Positions 50,414 to 60,271 of a stretch of 64,000 bases of DNA are shown one piece after another. The DNA is taken from contig CAWCYD010000003.1 of NCBI GenBank assembly GCA_963799775.1, forward strand, positions 1,792,001-1,856,000. The letters are read 5' to 3'. The position numbers and the translations under genes are program-made. Each line of letters opens with the position of its first letter. Within the stretch, counting starts at the first letter, position 1. Below the pieces are notes generated by a model. It searched no databases, was not told the DNA's origin, and saw only the letters and a list, made by a program, of their open reading frames with translations. The DNA comes from an uncultured archaeon. Lineage in GTDB: Archaea; Thermoproteota; Nitrososphaeria; Nitrososphaerales; Gagatemarchaeaceae.

Positions 50414-50854
50414 TTACCATCCACTCTCGCATTCGAACCGCTCGCCAAGATCCCAATCGAACACCTTCGCAAAGGGCTGGCCCGAGTATTTCTCATCCGA
50501 GTTCATCCACAAAGACATGACCCCCACGGCCACTATCCTCTTCTTTCTGAATGGTCTCGCCTCGTGTCCTCTGCCCTTCATGAAGGGGAAGTAAATCTTC
50601 AGCTTGATGTCATGCAGTTCGCTAATTATGATCACATCGTAGAGAAGCGACTTGGTCTCGCTCCGAAGCATGAATTCAGCGGCCTCGATCACAGCACGCC
50701 TAAAGTCTGGAAGAGCCTTGGCAATGGCCTCGAAGTCGACCGCCTTCTTGAGAGCCGGGTGGCGCTTCCACACCATGAGACCGAAATCAGGGTATTCCAA
50801 GGCGCGAAAGCCGAGCTTGTCATAGACCGCGCTGTCGTCTTCTGGGTCTCCCAA
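50414..50854 (-). CDS. Hypothetical protein
   Basis: 146-aa ORF with globular composition; no motif recognised. Confidence 0.45.
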   Translation of the reverse strand: MGDPEDDSAVYDKLGFRALEYPDFGLMVWKRHPALKKAVDFEAIAKALPDFRRAVIEAAEFMLRSETKSLLYDVIIISELHDIKLKIYFPFMKGRGHEARPFRKKRIVAVGVMSLWMNSDEKYSGQPFAKVFDWDLGERFECESGW

Positions 50855-51020
50855 GCCAGTCTACTGTCAGGCCGCCGAGGATACCAATCAAACGCTATCT
50901 TTTGAGTATCGTCGTTCTTCTTCCTGAACCCTTCAGTGCGTGCGTGTTGCCCAATATGGGAATGAGATCCCCCGGCGGAGGCGCAGCGAGCCTCAATTCT
51001 GTCGTTTCGGGCAAGACAGC

Positions 51021-51368
51021 TTAGCGTGTGAACACTAGCCCCGTAGCATCGACCTGGAACTTGAGCTCCTTTTCGGCGAAGTTCCTGAACAACCATTCTA
51101 TCCATGAGCCGGTCATTTGCTCTTCGTCCGTACCACTAATGTTAATCTTCACTTGGTTCTTCTTGTCTCCGTCTCTTACGCGAACCTTCACTTTCCAATC
51201 ACCACCTTTGGTTTCCCTGCGAATCACGTAATTCCCGCCTTTCAACTTCTGACTAACGTAAAGGGGAGATTTCCCGCCTCCGGTTCTCTTCGACATACCC
51301 TTTACGGTAGCGACCAACAAATCTGTGGTTAGTGTCTTGCCAGATTCAATGGTAATCTTCACGACCAT
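51021..51368 (-). CDS. Hypothetical basic protein
   Basis: 115-aa ORF with ATG start and AT-rich upstream region. Confidence 0.5.
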   Translation of the reverse strand: MVVKITIESGKTLTTDLLVATVKGMSKRTGGGKSPLYVSQKLKGGNYVIRRETKGGDWKVKVRVRDGDKKNQVKINISGTDEEQMTGSWIEWLFRNFAEKELKFQVDATGLVFTR

Positions 51369-51505
51369 AACGCCAATAGCCTCGCGAACGTGAATTAAAG
51401 GATTAGCTTGATCTCAGCTTGGGCCAAGGGACATCCGTGTTATGTTGAGTGCAGGAGCCTGAGCGGCTGATTCAGTCGGTCAACCAATAGCTCAACGTAA
51501 GTAAA

Positions 51506-52220
51506 ATGCCCCGGCGCAGGGGCGATGAACCCTTACGCATGTCGACAGGCCCAATCTTGAATTACACGACACCTGCGATTATCGTCGTGAAGCCAGATAG
51601 GGTCGTCGAAAGCGGGTACGACGAGATTCATCAACTCTATCATGAACGAAGGGTCAAGAACTTCTGGTCCGTTAGACCTGACATCAACGCCCTCGTCAAG
51701 CGCCTGTCCAAAGGAGATTCCATTTTGGATGTTGGATGTGGAAGCGGATACATAGCGTCGATTCTCGAAAAGCAGGGCTTCAAAGTCACTGGAATCGACG
51801 TTTCGAGAAAGATGTTGGAGCTCGCCAAGAAGAACGCGCCATCGTCGAGATTCCTCAAGATGGACATGAGGACGCTGGGATTCCCGCCTCGGTCTTTCGA
51901 CGGCGTGATCTGCCTCTATTCGATAATACACGTCCCAAGACGGTTTCACCAAGGTATACTGAAGGGCTTCCACAGAGTCCTGAAGCCCGGGGGATTGCTC
52001 GCGACTCACATGGGCTGGACCGACTACGTCGGGACGGAAGAGGATTGGCTGGGAGGTGGAGCAACGATGTACTGGAGCCACGATGTACTGGAGCCACTAC
52101 GGCAAGGAAAGAAACATGGAGATGTTGCGAGAGGCGGGTTTCGACATCATATCATCAAGGGCCTCGAAGCAGAAGGACGGCACGCACCTGTTCGCTCTGG
52201 CCCAGAAAGCCCCAGACTGA
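51506..52220 (+). pseudogene. Class I SAM methyltransferase frameshifted by a 16-bp tandem duplication
   Basis: ILDVGCGSG, GIDVS, FDGV, LKPGG; removing one ACGATGTACTGGAGCC copy (52064-52095) restores MYWSHYGKERNMEMLREAGF...APD*. Confidence 0.8.
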
Positions 52221-52239
52221 TTCTTTCTTCCAAGGAGGC

Positions 52240-53362
52240 TTACCGTTTCACGGGGACCTGTCCGAGAAAACTATTGTCGACCTGCCCCACCATGACCTGG
52301 CCTCCATCCTGATTGGGAACGACTTTGAGGTTGGTCGCCGATTCCCCCGTGTCGCCAAACGTGTAGAGCGACGGATACGGCTCAAGCTGGTTCGCGGAAT
52401 CCAAGTAGAGCAGTGCCAGAGTCGAGTTCATCTTGACGAAATTGGTCGTCTGACCGCAGCAGTAAGCCGCCCACACAAAGTCCGAATCATACGATTCGAG
52501 GTCTCCGATGACCCCTCCCCACGGCCAAAGCGAAGGCTTCACCACAATGGACGCAGACGTGACGTTTCCGATGGGGATGTGCACGATGCCGAAGGTGTCG
52601 TTGCCGCTCGCGAAGTTCGCCGTTGCCGAACGGGCTGTCGGACATCCTGATCTCGATTCCGCCGTTGTAGGGTTCGACGGACATGGCCAGCCTTAGATGC
52701 AATGGGAGCGAGTAACTTGACGTCGAGTTCAGCAACGAGCCGAAGGCGTACGTCGCCTTTCCGCCCAGTTCTCCATGGCGACCGTTGCCGTAAGAGTCTG
52801 CCTCGACGTTGGCGCTGCTCCCGGTCTCGTTGAAGATGAGGCCGTAGAAGTTCCTGACCTGTTGTGAGGTGGTGTTCGCGAAATCCACGACGTTTTGCAC
52901 CCAGAACATCTCGTCCCCGTGGGCCGTGGTCGCGATCACATTGACGTTCATATGCAAGCTCGCGCATTCCACACAGGCGAGTGACGAGAACGACGGGGCT
53001 ATGGAGTTGTCCCAGTTAGTCGAGGCCGAGAGCGCGCTGATGTCGGCCTCCCCTACGACCTCGGTAGTGTTGATCGAATAGGCTCGCAGCGAACCTGAGT
53101 AGTTGTAGATTCCGTAGGAGGCGATTCCCACTGGAGACGCTTGGGCCGGTCGAGCGAGCAAGTATTCGAGATGAGAATCGTCCAGAAATTGGGTCGAATT
53201 GAAACCCTGAGATGATGTCGAGGAGGTGTGGGATGACGCAGCGCCGGTCAAGAAACCTGATTCCAAAGCGACGCCGATGAGCAGAACGACCAAGAACGCA
53301 ACGATGGCAGTCATGACTCGGAAGCGAGAAAAGCCCCGTCTTCGCTTCATCGACTCTCTCAA
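52240..53362 (-). CDS. Thermopsin-like (peptidase A5) membrane-anchored protease, frameshifted near 52610
   Basis: PVGIASYG, ASLHMNV, FWVQNV; second frame YDSDFVW...YPSLYTFG.DTGESATNL. Confidence 0.75.
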
Positions 53363-53544
53363 GCTTCGTTCAGCTCTGACAAATTAGCATTTCTCCATTT
53401 TATCTGGATGTCGATTCGGAATCATGCTTAATTGAAACCATCAGCCGTGATGGGGTCTGCCTAGGCATTGTTATCGTTCGTTAGATGCCCCGTTCCCTGG
53501 TTCCCCTTCTAACCTTCATCTAGGGGTCAGCGTTCCCTCAGCTG

Positions 53545-54330
53545 ATGAATGACTCGGGCTCGCTGCACTGGCGAAAGTTGGGGCCATCAAGGGCTTCGCC
53601 TCGGAAGGCGAAGAGCGGCTGGGACGTGGCAGCCCGCGACTGGAACTACGTAGAGTCAGGTGCTGACTACCACAGGTGGGAAGTCCATGGCCGCTCGCTC
53701 GTGCGCACTGTAGGCGAGGTTCGCGGGCTAAAGGTCCTAGACATAGGATGCGGTCAGGGCTGGTTCTCCCGGCAGTTGGCGAGCAAAGGGGCGAGGGTCG
53801 TAGGATTGGATTGGTCGTCGGAGATGGTGGCGATTGCCGAGGAGCACGAGCGACGGGACAAGCTGGGCATCAAATATCTCCAAGTAGATGCGACGAAGAT
53901 CGGTAAGTTTTGGCCTCGGGGCAGCTTCGACCTCATCGCTTCATGCATGGCGTTCATGGACATGCCCCGGCTTGACAGGGTCATGGCCGGCATCGCACGC
54001 CTGCTACGACGGAACGGGCGCTTGGTCTTCTCGGTTTCGCACCCCGTGACCACCGCGCCGGTGTCACGCTGGCTCCGAAAGCAAGTCGGGCACCATGGCC
54101 CTAGACTCATCGACGGCTATTTCGACGTTGGACCCGTCGATGTCCTCTGGAAGCTTCGGGGGACCGGGCGGATAATGGATGTCCCCCAGTGGCACCGAAC
54201 TTTCGCTGGCTGGTTTGAGCTTCTACGCAAGAGCAACCTCGTTGTCACACGAATCTGGGAGCCAAGACCCACCGCGCTCCAGGTTCGCGGTAATCCCGGT
54301 TTCGAGGGCGTCAGCAGAATCCCCTTCTAA
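53545..54330 (+). CDS. Class I SAM methyltransferase (stop may be premature)
   Basis: VLDIGCGQG, GLDWS, FDLI, LVFSVSHP, WHRT; frame continues LIVEARP after the TAA. Confidence 0.85.
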   Translation: MNDSGSLHWRKLGPSRASPRKAKSGWDVAARDWNYVESGADYHRWEVHGRSLVRTVGEVRGLKVLDIGCGQGWFSRQLASKGARVVGLDWSSEMVAIAEEHERRDKLGIKYLQVDATKIGKFWPRGSFDLIASCMAFMDMPRLDRVMAGIARLLRRNGRLVFSVSHPVTTAPVSRWLRKQVGHHGPRLIDGYFDVGPVDVLWKLRGTGRIMDVPQWHRTFAGWFELLRKSNLVVTRIWEPRPTALQVRGNPGFEGVSRIPF

Positions 54331-54418
54331 CTCATTGTAGAAGCCAGACCAAGGCCACACCGATGGATTTGAGGAGTCACCGGAAATGGCTGAGCCTGCC
54401 GGGTTTATTTCTGCCCCT

Positions 54419-54558
54419 GGAATTGCAAGATTATTGCAATTCCTGCATTTTTCGGCGTCAGGTCCGGACCTGACACCCGGACGTCAAAATGTCAGGCCCG
54501 GGCCTGACACCACGAGACGCTCGGATGTAAGGGTGGAACCTTACATTGCGTCAGGCCC
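54419..54558. repeat. Cluster of perfect palindromes
   Basis: GGAATTGCAA-N5-TTGCAATTCC (54419-54443), GTCAGGTCCGGACCTGAC (54457-54474), TGTCAGGCCCGGGCCTGACA (54490-54509), half-site GTCAGGCCC near 54550. Confidence 0.85.
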
Positions 54559-55022
54559 AAACCAGTCATGCGTGGTGTTATATTCGAAAGAAACTCACCA
54601 TCTCACGTTCTTTTTCTTCGTCCGTTCCGGCATGCCTGCTGCATTAAGCTATCATACTCTCTAGTTCGTCTTTTCCTGTCATTCTTCCTTCCTCTTTCTC
54701 TCCCGTCTCGCTCCCACTGTCTCCCTCTTTCATCTCCGTCCGTTTCGATCTGATGTTTCCGTAGTTCCCCTTTCCTCTCCGTCTCCTCATCGCTCCTCTG
54801 TCCCCCCACGTCTTGTTTCCGTTACTCCGTTACCCTGTTACGATGGCCGATGTTATCGCGTCCATAACTGCGACTCCTAACTTGGGAATACGAGTCTCAG
54901 ATGCTGTGCTGTCTCCGGTCCCTCCTGTCGAACCCTCGATTTCTTCGGTTCGTCTCGATACTGGATCCCTCTCTGTCGCAACGAAGGTTGGTGCAGAAAT
55001 ATCGAAAGAAACGCATCATATC

Positions 55023-56528
55023 ATGGAATCTGGTTCTGAAGCCCGGCCCGAAAGGACACCTAGCTTTGACCGACCCGTGATTCTCATGAATGCACAGCGT
55101 AGCTTCAGAGGCGAAATTCGTCTAGCGATAAAGAAATCGAGGTTTAGAGAAGCAACAAAGACAGAACTTCAGAAAGGGAAAATGTATGTATTTTCGGTGT
55201 CTTTGAAAGGAATAGGTAGCTTCAGCGTGAGCCATCTAGAAGGTCCCGCAGACAACTTCTACCTTCACATTCCAAAGAGGCTCAATGCAAATCTTCAGGC
55301 TGGCAAGAAGTATTGGGTCGAAATTCATTCGGTCGAGGTCAAACGACTTCGGTATAATGTCCACAAGAGTTCCCACGGGGCTGAACTCACCGTGCATAGG
55401 ACGAATCTAGAATTGCTTGGGCTGAGACGAACCGGCAGTCTGAAACAGCAAAAGGTAGTTCTTCAGTTTACCGGCACAAATGTAACGAGAAGCAATCCCA
55501 CGTCTCGGAATCACCTCTTCAGGAGCTACGAGTTAGGCTCTGCGAGTATTGATCTCCGGGTCGGCAGGCTAGGAGCGAAATACGGCGACATGTTCGAGTT
55601 CAACGAAATCACGCCTTTCGAGGTGGCCGACCTTGTAAGAGCATTCAACGAGCACAAACCCGATTATCTCGAGAACACCTCGTTGATTCTTCGTCCCAAA
55701 GCCCTGGTGCTTCTCGTGGACGCGAAAGAGATTGTCCTCGCCAGGCCACACCTGACGACGAACAAACTTGAGGTCGCCTTGAGGGCAGAAATCGCTAGCA
55801 CGAGCAAGCCAATCAAGTTCCAGTTCGACGGTGAAAAGATTACCCCGAGGTTCTTGCAGGACTGGCCCATCCACCGCATGAACGCGACACCCTACGGATT
55901 AGAAATCGCCTACTCTCTAAGCAAGAACAATGCGAGGGTATTCAGGCTGAACTTTGAGAAGTTCGATGCCGGAGTCATACGCGGTAAGCTGAAAGTGATA
56001 TCAAGACCGGAAAACGGCGAAGGAGTCTATCTAGTAGAAGTCGCGGATGATTTTCGCAGAAGCGTGGAGTTCCGGATTGCTGCGGCCCGAGGTCGCTCCT
56101 ATTATGAATGTCGATACGAAAAAGGCGATATCTCTGAAGAGATTCAGCGATACCTGGTCGAAACGACCGGGTTGTGGGATGAGGTCGCCTACCATCCTCT
56201 TGACAAGACGTGGAGGGCCCATGAATCGAGAAAGCTAGGGCCCGACAGCCTGCAAAGGCACAAGGTTTCCCACAAACTCCATTATTTCGAGTTCAAATGG
56301 GACTGGAACTGGGAGTTGACTCACCACGCCGCCGAATTTCAAGCGATAAAGTATGTTTTAGCACAGCCGACTTACAAAGGTGAAAAAGTCGCGGGTGCCC
56401 ACATAGGAATTCTTCGATGGGATATCGAGAAGACCCGATTCGATTTCCACCTGAGTAGAGCCTGGCCGCCGAGTCAAGCGTCCACGATCCAGTCAGATAG
56501 TTTGTTGGAGGGCTCAACCTCTGTGTGA
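55023..56528 (+). CDS. Large basic protein with C-terminal PD-(D/E)XK nuclease-like domain (start uncertain)
   Basis: KGDISEEI...GPDSL...YFEFKW...QAIKY fits the E..PD..(D/E)xK pattern; lower GC. Confidence 0.6.
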   Translation: MESGSEARPERTPSFDRPVILMNAQRSFRGEIRLAIKKSRFREATKTELQKGKMYVFSVSLKGIGSFSVSHLEGPADNFYLHIPKRLNANLQAGKKYWVEIHSVEVKRLRYNVHKSSHGAELTVHRTNLELLGLRRTGSLKQQKVVLQFTGTNVTRSNPTSRNHLFRSYELGSASIDLRVGRLGAKYGDMFEFNEITPFEVADLVRAFNEHKPDYLENTSLILRPKALVLLVDAKEIVLARPHLTTNKLEVALRAEIASTSKPIKFQFDGEKITPRFLQDWPIHRMNATPYGLEIAYSLSKNNARVFRLNFEKFDAGVIRGKLKVISRPENGEGVYLVEVADDFRRSVEFRIAAARGRSYYECRYEKGDISEEIQRYLVETTGLWDEVAYHPLDKTWRAHESRKLGPDSLQRHKVSHKLHYFEFKWDWNWELTHHAAEFQAIKYVLAQPTYKGEKVAGAHIGILRWDIEKTRFDFHLSRAWPPSQASTIQSDSLLEGSTSV

Positions 56529-57731
56529 AGTCGAAACCAGAGACAACACATCCCTGTCTCTCACGACGTAGTCAACTGGGAGATGCAGTCCAGTCCTTGC
56601 ATCGACAGCGTATAGCAAACCCTTGGCCAAGTCATTGTGGATGTGATTGGCGACGTCCCTTACCGTTGAGCCGTCTGGCAGAAGATACACATCAGGTAGG
56701 ACATTCCCATGGTTGTCCGTAAGAGTCTGCGCATTGGCTACTCCATAAACAGAATTCATCTTCAGCAGCTTGAATATCGCGATGTTGAGGGCGAACTGGA
56801 CCCCCGTCCTCAGGTACTCACCAAAGACCTTCCTCCTGATGTACGCGAGTGCGTTCTTCTGCGCGTCGCTCAGTTCCTGCGGCTTGACGACGTCGAAGCG
56901 CTCTTCGCCGGGGACGTATTTTATCAGCCCTTTGACCTCCGCTCTCCTTAGCGAGAGCTCGGCCTCGCCGCTCGTCGGGACGACCATCAGGTCCTTGTAC
57001 TTCTCACGGAGGGCCTTGAAGTTCTCGGCGGAGTTGGGCAGGTCCATCTTGTTCGCGATGATGAGCGTCGGCTTGGAGACGTCGCGGAGGATCCAGCAAA
57101 AGTTCTGGACCTCCTTCTCGTTCCAGCTGTCGACGTCTCGCTCTTGGAGCATCGCCTCGTTTATCGCGTAGATCACATGGTCCCGCTTGACCCCTATCCC
57201 CTGCATGACCTCGGCGATTGCGTCGGGCAGGCCCATCCCGGGCACCTTCGCGGTCTTCGAGATCTTCACGAGGTTGCTAGAGAAGAGCTTGGTATACCAC
57301 AGGACGAGCTCCAGCTCGACGTCCGCCAGGTCTGCGAGGGGGTCGCCCGTCCCCGGCTCCGCGATCTTCCCGTCCTTGTCGACGCTCCCCGATGCGTCGA
57401 CTACGTGCAGGAGCGCGTCGGACTGCGCTGCCACGGCGAGGAACTGGTTCCCGAGTCCCTTGCCCATCCAAGCGCCCTTGATCAGTCCGGGGAGGTCGGT
57501 CACCTCGATGGGGATGAACCTCCATCCCTCCTCGCACTTGGAGTTCTTCGGGTTGTCTTGGACTTTGAACTCCCTGTGGACGCACAAGGTGACCGCCTGG
57601 CCGATGCCTTGGTCTGGCGACTTTGTGGTGAAAGGGTAGTTGGAGATCTCCCCCGTCTTCAGCGTCATCGAGTTGAAGAGCGTGGTCTTCCCCGCGTTCG
57701 TCTTCCCGATCAAGCCTATCTGGATGACCAT
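56514..57731 (-). CDS. ychF: YchF/Obg-like ATPase
   Basis: GKTNAGKTT, NYPFTT, DLPGL, GLGNQFL, ANKMD, C-terminal TGS domain. Confidence 0.95.
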   Translation of the reverse strand: MVIQIGLIGKTNAGKTTLFNSMTLKTGEISNYPFTTKSPDQGIGQAVTLCVHREFKVQDNPKNSKCEEGWRFIPIEVTDLPGLIKGAWMGKGLGNQFLAVAAQSDALLHVVDASGSVDKDGKIAEPGTGDPLADLADVELELVLWYTKLFSSNLVKISKTAKVPGMGLPDAIAEVMQGIGVKRDHVIYAINEAMLQERDVDSWNEKEVQNFCWILRDVSKPTLIIANKMDLPNSAENFKALREKYKDLMVVPTSGEAELSLRRAEVKGLIKYVPGEERFDVVKPQELSDAQKNALAYIRRKVFGEYLRTGVQFALNIAIFKLLKMNSVYGVANAQTLTDNHGNVLPDVYLLPDGSTVRDVANHIHNDLAKGLLYAVDARTGLHLPVDYVVRDRDVLSLVSTSHRG

Positions 57732-57801
57732 GCAAGTTCTCTCCTGAACGAATTAGGAATCTCGAAGAGGGCTCTTCCGGTAGTTAAGAGTATGCCGGTC
57801 T

Positions 57802-59061
57802 CTAGGAGCCCGTCATCCTGTATCTGAGGAAGGCTGCCACTCCGCCGAAGGACTTTAGCATCGCACCCTCTTCCGTCCCTGACGATATCACCTCGACCTT
57901 CGCACCCACCTGCACCGCCCTCTCCTCGAGCAGGTCCACGATGTCCGTCTCGTCGACGACATACTCCTTGGAGCCGCAGTTGCTGCAGGGTTCCGAGGTG
58001 AGCTCCTGCAACCCCTGGGTCTTCTTCGAGTTGGCGACGAACTTCTCCTTCACCGTCTGGCAGTTCTTGCAGGTCGCAGTTATCCTCGTCATGTCGACGT
58101 CATCGGAGACGATGATCGTCTCCACGTTGCTCTTATCGAGGGCCTGGATGATCCTCGGGAGGCCGTATACCGCGAGGCCGTTCGGCTTGTTGACTTCGCC
58201 CAAGAACCGCTGGACGAGCTTCTTCTCCTCGAACAGGCGCACGTCCTGGAGCTTGTCCGCCGCCTTGTCGACGAGCTCCCTCACGCCCTCCCTCCCCGAG
58301 TACGCCGTGTCGATGGTCGCGATGATGTTCTTCCGCAGGTTGTAGTTCAGGTACTCCGTCTTCATGAACTCCTCCTTCGTGAATCCGGGGCCGCCCACGA
58401 TCAGGCCGTTGACCTTGTACTCGTCGACGAGGATCCGATTCACGTGGTCGGCTACTCTGTGGTAGAAGTAGGTGAGCTCCATCTCCCTGCCTCGCTCGTA
58501 TCTCCTGGCGCTCTGCCCTCCCTTCCTCGTCTTACCAGAGATGCCGGATGTCATCGCGTTGACGACCTCGAAGCTCTCTCCCGAGAGGATCCCTATGCCC
58601 ACCTCGTTCGCGTCAATCGAGAGGAGGCCGTAGACCTTCTCCTCGCGGAGCATGTCCTTCAGGTACTCTATGTGGAAATGGTCGTCGCACATGTAGAGGA
58701 AGCTCTTGACGGGCTTTGGCGGGACTATCTCGCGGAGGACTATGACCTCGCTCCCCGGGCCGTTGGTCGGGAGCGCTCCGCAGAAGATGACTAGCCCGTC
58801 GTCGGGCGTCTCGCGGTAGAGCTTGAGCTTCTGCATGGTCTTTGTGAGCGCGTCCTGGACATGGTTGCGCGTCGTGTCCGATTTTATGTTCCCGGCTGTC
58901 CCCCACTCGTTCCTCAGGTACGCGATGACCTCGTGCATGGGCTTCTTCGGCGGGATGTAGAGGGAGACGAGTTCGGTCCCACGGCCCTCCTTACCCGAGA
59001 GCTCGGAGATGACCTTTCGAATCTTGTATAATCTTACAGAGTCTACCTTTGCGCTTAACAA
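57802..59061 (-). CDS. prf1: Peptide chain release factor aRF1
   Basis: GTELVSLYIP, NIKS, YMCD, GGQSARRY. Confidence 0.97.
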   Translation of the reverse strand: MLSAKVDSVRLYKIRKVISELSGKEGRGTELVSLYIPPKKPMHEVIAYLRNEWGTAGNIKSDTTRNHVQDALTKTMQKLKLYRETPDDGLVIFCGALPTNGPGSEVIVLREIVPPKPVKSFLYMCDDHFHIEYLKDMLREEKVYGLLSIDANEVGIGILSGESFEVVNAMTSGISGKTRKGGQSARRYERGREMELTYFYHRVADHVNRILVDEYKVNGLIVGGPGFTKEEFMKTEYLNYNLRKNIIATIDTAYSGREGVRELVDKAADKLQDVRLFEEKKLVQRFLGEVNKPNGLAVYGLPRIIQALDKSNVETIIVSDDVDMTRITATCKNCQTVKEKFVANSKKTQGLQELTSEPCSNCGSKEYVVDETDIVDLLEERAVQVGAKVEVISSGTEEGAMLKSFGGVAAFLRYRMTGS

Positions 59062-59187
59062 GCGAATATGACCTCCGGTGAGTCAGCTGATGGATCCGCT
59101 GGGAACTACTGTGTTTCTGACTCGAGACTGCAACTGATGGGTAGTTTAGGGCATTCACCTTTATAAAAACAATTTCGGGCACGATGC

Positions 59188-59886
59188 ATGGTTTCTATGA
59201 GCTCGCCTTCTGGGAGCGGGAAGAGGATCGTGCTTCGGATAGGCGGGTCGGTGCTGGGCGCTCCTCCAAAGGCGAAGCTGCTCAAGGCCTACGTTGATGT
59301 CATCGCCGAAGCGAGGAAGGCCGGGAACTCCGTCGGGGTCATCGTCGGCGGGGGCTCTGTAGCCCGGACCTACATCGGCATCGCGAAGGAGCTTGGGCTC
59401 CCCCGCGAATCGCAGGACATGATAGCCATAGAGGCCTCTCGCCTCAACGCGAGGCTCGTGGCGATGAAGCTTGGGGTCAAGCGAGTGTCCACGACTATCC
59501 AGGGGATGATAGTCGAGCTGGACAAGAGCGGGGTGGGTGTGATGGGAGGCCTGCGGCCAGGGATCACGACAGACACCGTAGCCGCGATACTCGGCGATGC
59601 GTGGCACTCGGAGCTCATAGTCAAGGCCTCCGACCAGGACGGGGTCTACACCGCAGACCCGAGGATTGACAAGGAGGCCAAACTGCTGCACAACCTCTCC
59701 CATCAGGAACTCGCTAGGATACTCGGCGGGTCTCAACACAGGCCCGGGATTCACAGCATAGTGGACCCGGTGGCCGCCAAGTTCATCGCCAAGCACAAAC
59801 TGAACCTCGTCGTGACAAACGGCTTCTCTCCTGGGAACGTGCGCAAGGCCCTGTTGGGCGAGCGCGTCGGGACGCTCGTGTCCTGA
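59188..59886 (+). CDS. pyrH: UMP kinase
   Basis: IGGSV, VGGGSVAR, GGLRPGITTD, DGVYTADP. Confidence 0.93.
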   Translation: MVSMSSPSGSGKRIVLRIGGSVLGAPPKAKLLKAYVDVIAEARKAGNSVGVIVGGGSVARTYIGIAKELGLPRESQDMIAIEASRLNARLVAMKLGVKRVSTTIQGMIVELDKSGVGVMGGLRPGITTDTVAAILGDAWHSELIVKASDQDGVYTADPRIDKEAKLLHNLSHQELARILGGSQHRPGIHSIVDPVAAKFIAKHKLNLVVTNGFSPGNVRKALLGERVGTLVS

Positions 59887-59895
59887 ATCACGTTT

Positions 59896-60225
59896 CTATC
59901 TGCTGGAAATCTTCTTGCTGGCGAGGAGGCCCTTGATCAGGGCCTCGACCGCCTGCTTGGTGTACTGGACCCCGCGCGGGTTTCCAGTCAGGACATGGGA
60001 AACCTTCCCGTCGTCTGACTCGATGAAGACCTGTGGTATGAGATAGTCAGGCGTCCAGTCCCCGTACTTCTTCACCATCTCGTCCGCCACATCAACATCT
60101 TTGGTGTCTATGTCGTGCAGAATCACCGGCACGCCCAGCTCTTCACCTGCGCGCTGCAGCGGCTCAACGGTGGTGGGGACGCAATGAGGGCACCAGTCCG
60201 CATAGACAATGTGGATGGCCTTCAA
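59896..60225 (-). CDS. Thioredoxin/glutaredoxin-like protein
   Basis: YADWCPHC and IPQV cis-Pro motif. Confidence 0.8.
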   Translation of the reverse strand: MKAIHIVYADWCPHCVPTTVEPLQRAGEELGVPVILHDIDTKDVDVADEMVKKYGDWTPDYLIPQVFIESDDGKVSHVLTGNPRGVQYTKQAVEALIKGLLASKKISSR

Positions 60226-60271
60226 ACGGTCTCTGTCGGGCCTATGGGTGCGTATAAACCGTGACCAGAAA

